Assembly (NCBI GenBank): GCA_965218295.1
Contig: CBDCKN010000013.1
Location: 224,001-288,000 of the forward strand
Direction of reading: 5' to 3'
Length of the DNA: 64,000 nt
Origin: Longimicrobiales bacterium
GTDB taxonomy: Bacteria; Gemmatimonadota; Gemmatimonadetes; Longimicrobiales; Gaopeijiaceae
The number at the start of each line of letters is the position of its first letter. The stretch's first letter is position 1. This document shows, piece after piece, positions 61,876 to 64,000 of the stretch. Made by a program: the position numbers and the translations under genes. Below the pieces are notes generated by a model, which saw only the letters and a list, made by a program, of their open reading frames with translations, was not told the DNA's origin and made no database searches.

Positions 61876-64000
61876 TCAGAGTCGGAAAAGCCGGTTCACC
61901 TTGATCACGAGGCCCCGGTTCGACAGCTCGGAGAACCGGTCGAACACGTCCGTATCGCGCTCTTCCGTGTACACGATGAAGATCTCGCTTCCGGGGGCAT
62001 ACTCCCAGCGCAGTCGAAGATTCGTGCTGAAGGTATCGCTATTGGTACTGTACTGGACCAGTCCGCTCAGGAACATGCGGGGCGAGAAGCTGTAGCTGAC
62101 GCGCGTCGAGGCCACGTGCTGGGTGAAGTCGCCCTGGGGCAGATCGACCCAGTTGAACGAGACGCTCGGTTCGATGGAGAATTGGGGCAGCACCTCGATC
62201 CTGGCCCGCTGAAACCCCACGGATGTACGGTCGCCACCGAAGAAGCTGCCCCTCTGCACCGACAGATTCCCCGAGTACGGGCGCTGGGGACCGAAGCTGT
62301 ACCTCAGCTGCACGTCGCGGAAGGTGTATCGGCCGACCGGGATTGTCACGTCGGGGGCGATGGGGAACGGGTCGACCAGGTTCTCGTAGGTGTCGGTCAA
62401 GTCCGCGCTGAACGAGTCGCCGTTGTCGAGCTCGATCTGGAAATTCCCCTGTCGCTCCCGGGTCTCGACGAACCCCGCTTCGGCGTTCTCCAGGTAGTTG
62501 AGCCGCGCCTCGAGCGTCACCTGCCGGATCGACTCGATGGACGCCGGCCGCGGGCTGTACTTGCCCGAGAGGAAAGTCTGTCGGAATCCGTTCCGCTGCA
62601 CGAACCCGAGCTCCGGGTTGAAGTCCTCCCCCACCAGGAGATGATCGACCTGAAGCCCCCATAGATCTCCGTCGTAGCTGAACCGGCCCCGGTAGCTCTC
62701 GTCCGTACCCGTGAGCCCCTCGGTCTCCGTTTTGGCGTAGTAGCTGAGGAAGTTCAGGTTGTCGAAGAACGAGAACGTCGCGTCCACTCCGTATGCCTGG
62801 TTGGATCCCGGCGCGACAGTGGACTTCGATCGGTTCTCGAACAGGACTCCGATGCTGCTCCGCCGGAAGATGTCCCGACGGAGCCGTAGCACGGTGAAGC
62901 TCGTCGACTCGGCGCCTGCGCTCTGGAGGTCGTCGGTCTGGACGCTCAGGACGCCGACATCGAAGGATCCGACCTTCCCGGTCACTCGACCACCGCCGAC
63001 GATCGGCACCGGCTCTCCGCTCTGGAGGCCGATGCGCCGGCTGAAGAACAGCGTGGGCGCGCTCACGCCGCCGCCGCCGAAGCCCCCCCTGCCCCGGCGC
63101 AGGAAGGCGCCCCCGCCGCCCACGCCGCCGGTCCCGAAAACGAAGATGCCTCGCCCTTCCAGAAAGAACTCCCTCTTTTCGGGGAAGAAAAGGCTGAACC
63201 GCGTGAGGTTCACCTGCTGTTCGTCCACCTCGACCTGGGCGAAGTCGGTGTTGTACGTGAGATCGGCCGTCAGGTTGTCGGTGATCCCGATCTTGAGGTC
63301 CAACCCCGCGTCGGCGTCGAGGTGATTGCGGACTTGGGGATCGGTGGTCAGGTCGGTCTCGAGGCCCGAAATGCCGTACGGCTTGACGTCGACCACCCTG
63401 CTCGCCGGCGGTGCCTCCAGCCCGACCAGCGTCCCGAACCGCGAGACCCGCAGCACCCCCCTGCCGCCTGTTCCGGACATCGATATGGGGACCAACGTGA
63501 GATAACTCCACTCGTTCCTCCGACGGATGACGCGCCTCATCTGGAGGCCCCAGACTTGCTCGGAGCCGGGTCGATACCGGAGGGACTTGAAGGGGATCCG
63601 CATCTCAACCGTCCAACCACCGTCGAAGCGACCGGTTCGCACGTCCCAGACGGGGTTCCAGTCCGGGTTCGGGTTGCCCTCGTTCGTCATCGCGAACTCG
63701 GCGCGTGCGCTGAGGGGATTCGTGTAGAACCCTACCCCGTTGCGACGATCGTAATACGTATCGAACATGACGCCGAAGGTGTCGTTCCGACGGAGCTGAT
63801 TGCTGTCGCGCCGCATTTCGTTCGCCACCCACCCGCTCTCGGGCGCGGACTCCCACACGCGCCCGGATACATAGATGTTGTTGTCGTCGAACGCGATCCA
63901 AGCCTCCGTCCGCTCGGTCGCCGCCACTCCCTCATTCGGCACACTCTGGATGAAGCCTGATATGGAGAGGGTCGTCCGGTAGAGGGGCTCGTCCAGTTCG
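61876..64000 (-). CDS. DUF5916 / carbohydrate-binding family 9-like outer-membrane protein; start lies beyond the window
   Basis: GWTVEMRIPFKSLRY, NTDFAQVEVD, LFFPEKREFFLEG, LFFSRRIGL; C-terminal barrel. Confidence 0.85.
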   Translation of the reverse strand, partial: ELDEPLYRTTLSISGFIQSVPNEGVAATERTEAWIAFDDNNIYVSGRVWESAPESGWVANEMRRDSNQLRRNDTFGVMFDTYYDRRNGVGFYTNPLSARAEFAMTNEGNPNPDWNPVWDVRTGRFDGGWTVEMRIPFKSLRYRPGSEQVWGLQMRRVIRRRNEWSYLTLVPISMSGTGGRGVLRVSRFGTLVGLEAPPASRVVDVKPYGISGLETDLTTDPQVRNHLDADAGLDLKIGITDNLTADLTYNTDFAQVEVDEQQVNLTRFSLFFPEKREFFLEGRGIFVFGTGGVGGGGAFLRRGRGGFGGGGVSAPTLFFSRRIGLQSGEPVPIVGGGRVTGKVGSFDVGVLSVQTDDLQSAGAESTSFTVLRLRRDIFRRSSIGVLFENRSKSTVAPGSNQAYGVDATFSFFDNLNFLSYYAKTETEGLTGTDESYRGRFSYDGDLWGLQVDHLLVGEDFNPELGFVQRNGFRQTFLSGKYSPRPASIESIRQVTLEARLNYLENAEAGFVETRERQGNFQIELDNGDSFSADLTDTYENLVDPFPIAPDVTIPVGRYTFRDVQLRYSFGPQRPYSGNLSVQRGSFFGGDRTSVGFQRARIEVLPQFSIEPSVSFNWVDLPQGDFTQHVASTRVSYSFSPRMFLSGLVQYSTNSDTFSTNLRLRWEYAPGSEIFIVYTEERDTDVFDRFSELSNRGLVIKVNRLFRL

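Overview
High-GC bacterial window whose core gene content resembles Gemmatimonadota (inference from gene content). Bases 1 to ~37,030 are a heavily decayed genomic-island/IS graveyard. It holds tyrosine integrases, relaxase and ICE gene scraps, a tRNA-Lys att fragment, nested IS256/IS3/IS481/IS21/IS1595 copies, defence-type genes (HsdS fragment, NucS-like and EVE-nuclease, Fic, DUF1156 methylase), a 47-aa TPR repeat protein and an MMPL/LolA-like/outer-membrane module. From ~37,030 to 64,000 lie mostly minus-strand core genes (sigma-54 regulator, DUF4388-TPR, DnaA-like, rluA-family, ileS, PNP, divIVA, yggS, tonB-exbD-exbD-exbB, cdaA, ftsH, hpt, tilS, GDPD, SDR, MBL, DUF5916). The standout is an intact IS110-family (IS1111-type) element inserted precisely inside the left terminal inverted repeat of an IS256. 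Its 3' non-coding region folds into two internal loops carrying readable guides for that IS256 end (TACACACC, TCAAAGG) and for its own junction (ATAGAAGG). This is a candidate bridge/seek-RNA-guided recombinase programmed against another transposon's end. Two empty target sites are in the same window. A repeated IS3-family element also appears to move with 7 extra bp outside each TG...CA inverted repeat. Many single-base frameshifts between ~30 and 43 kb may be sequencing errors.
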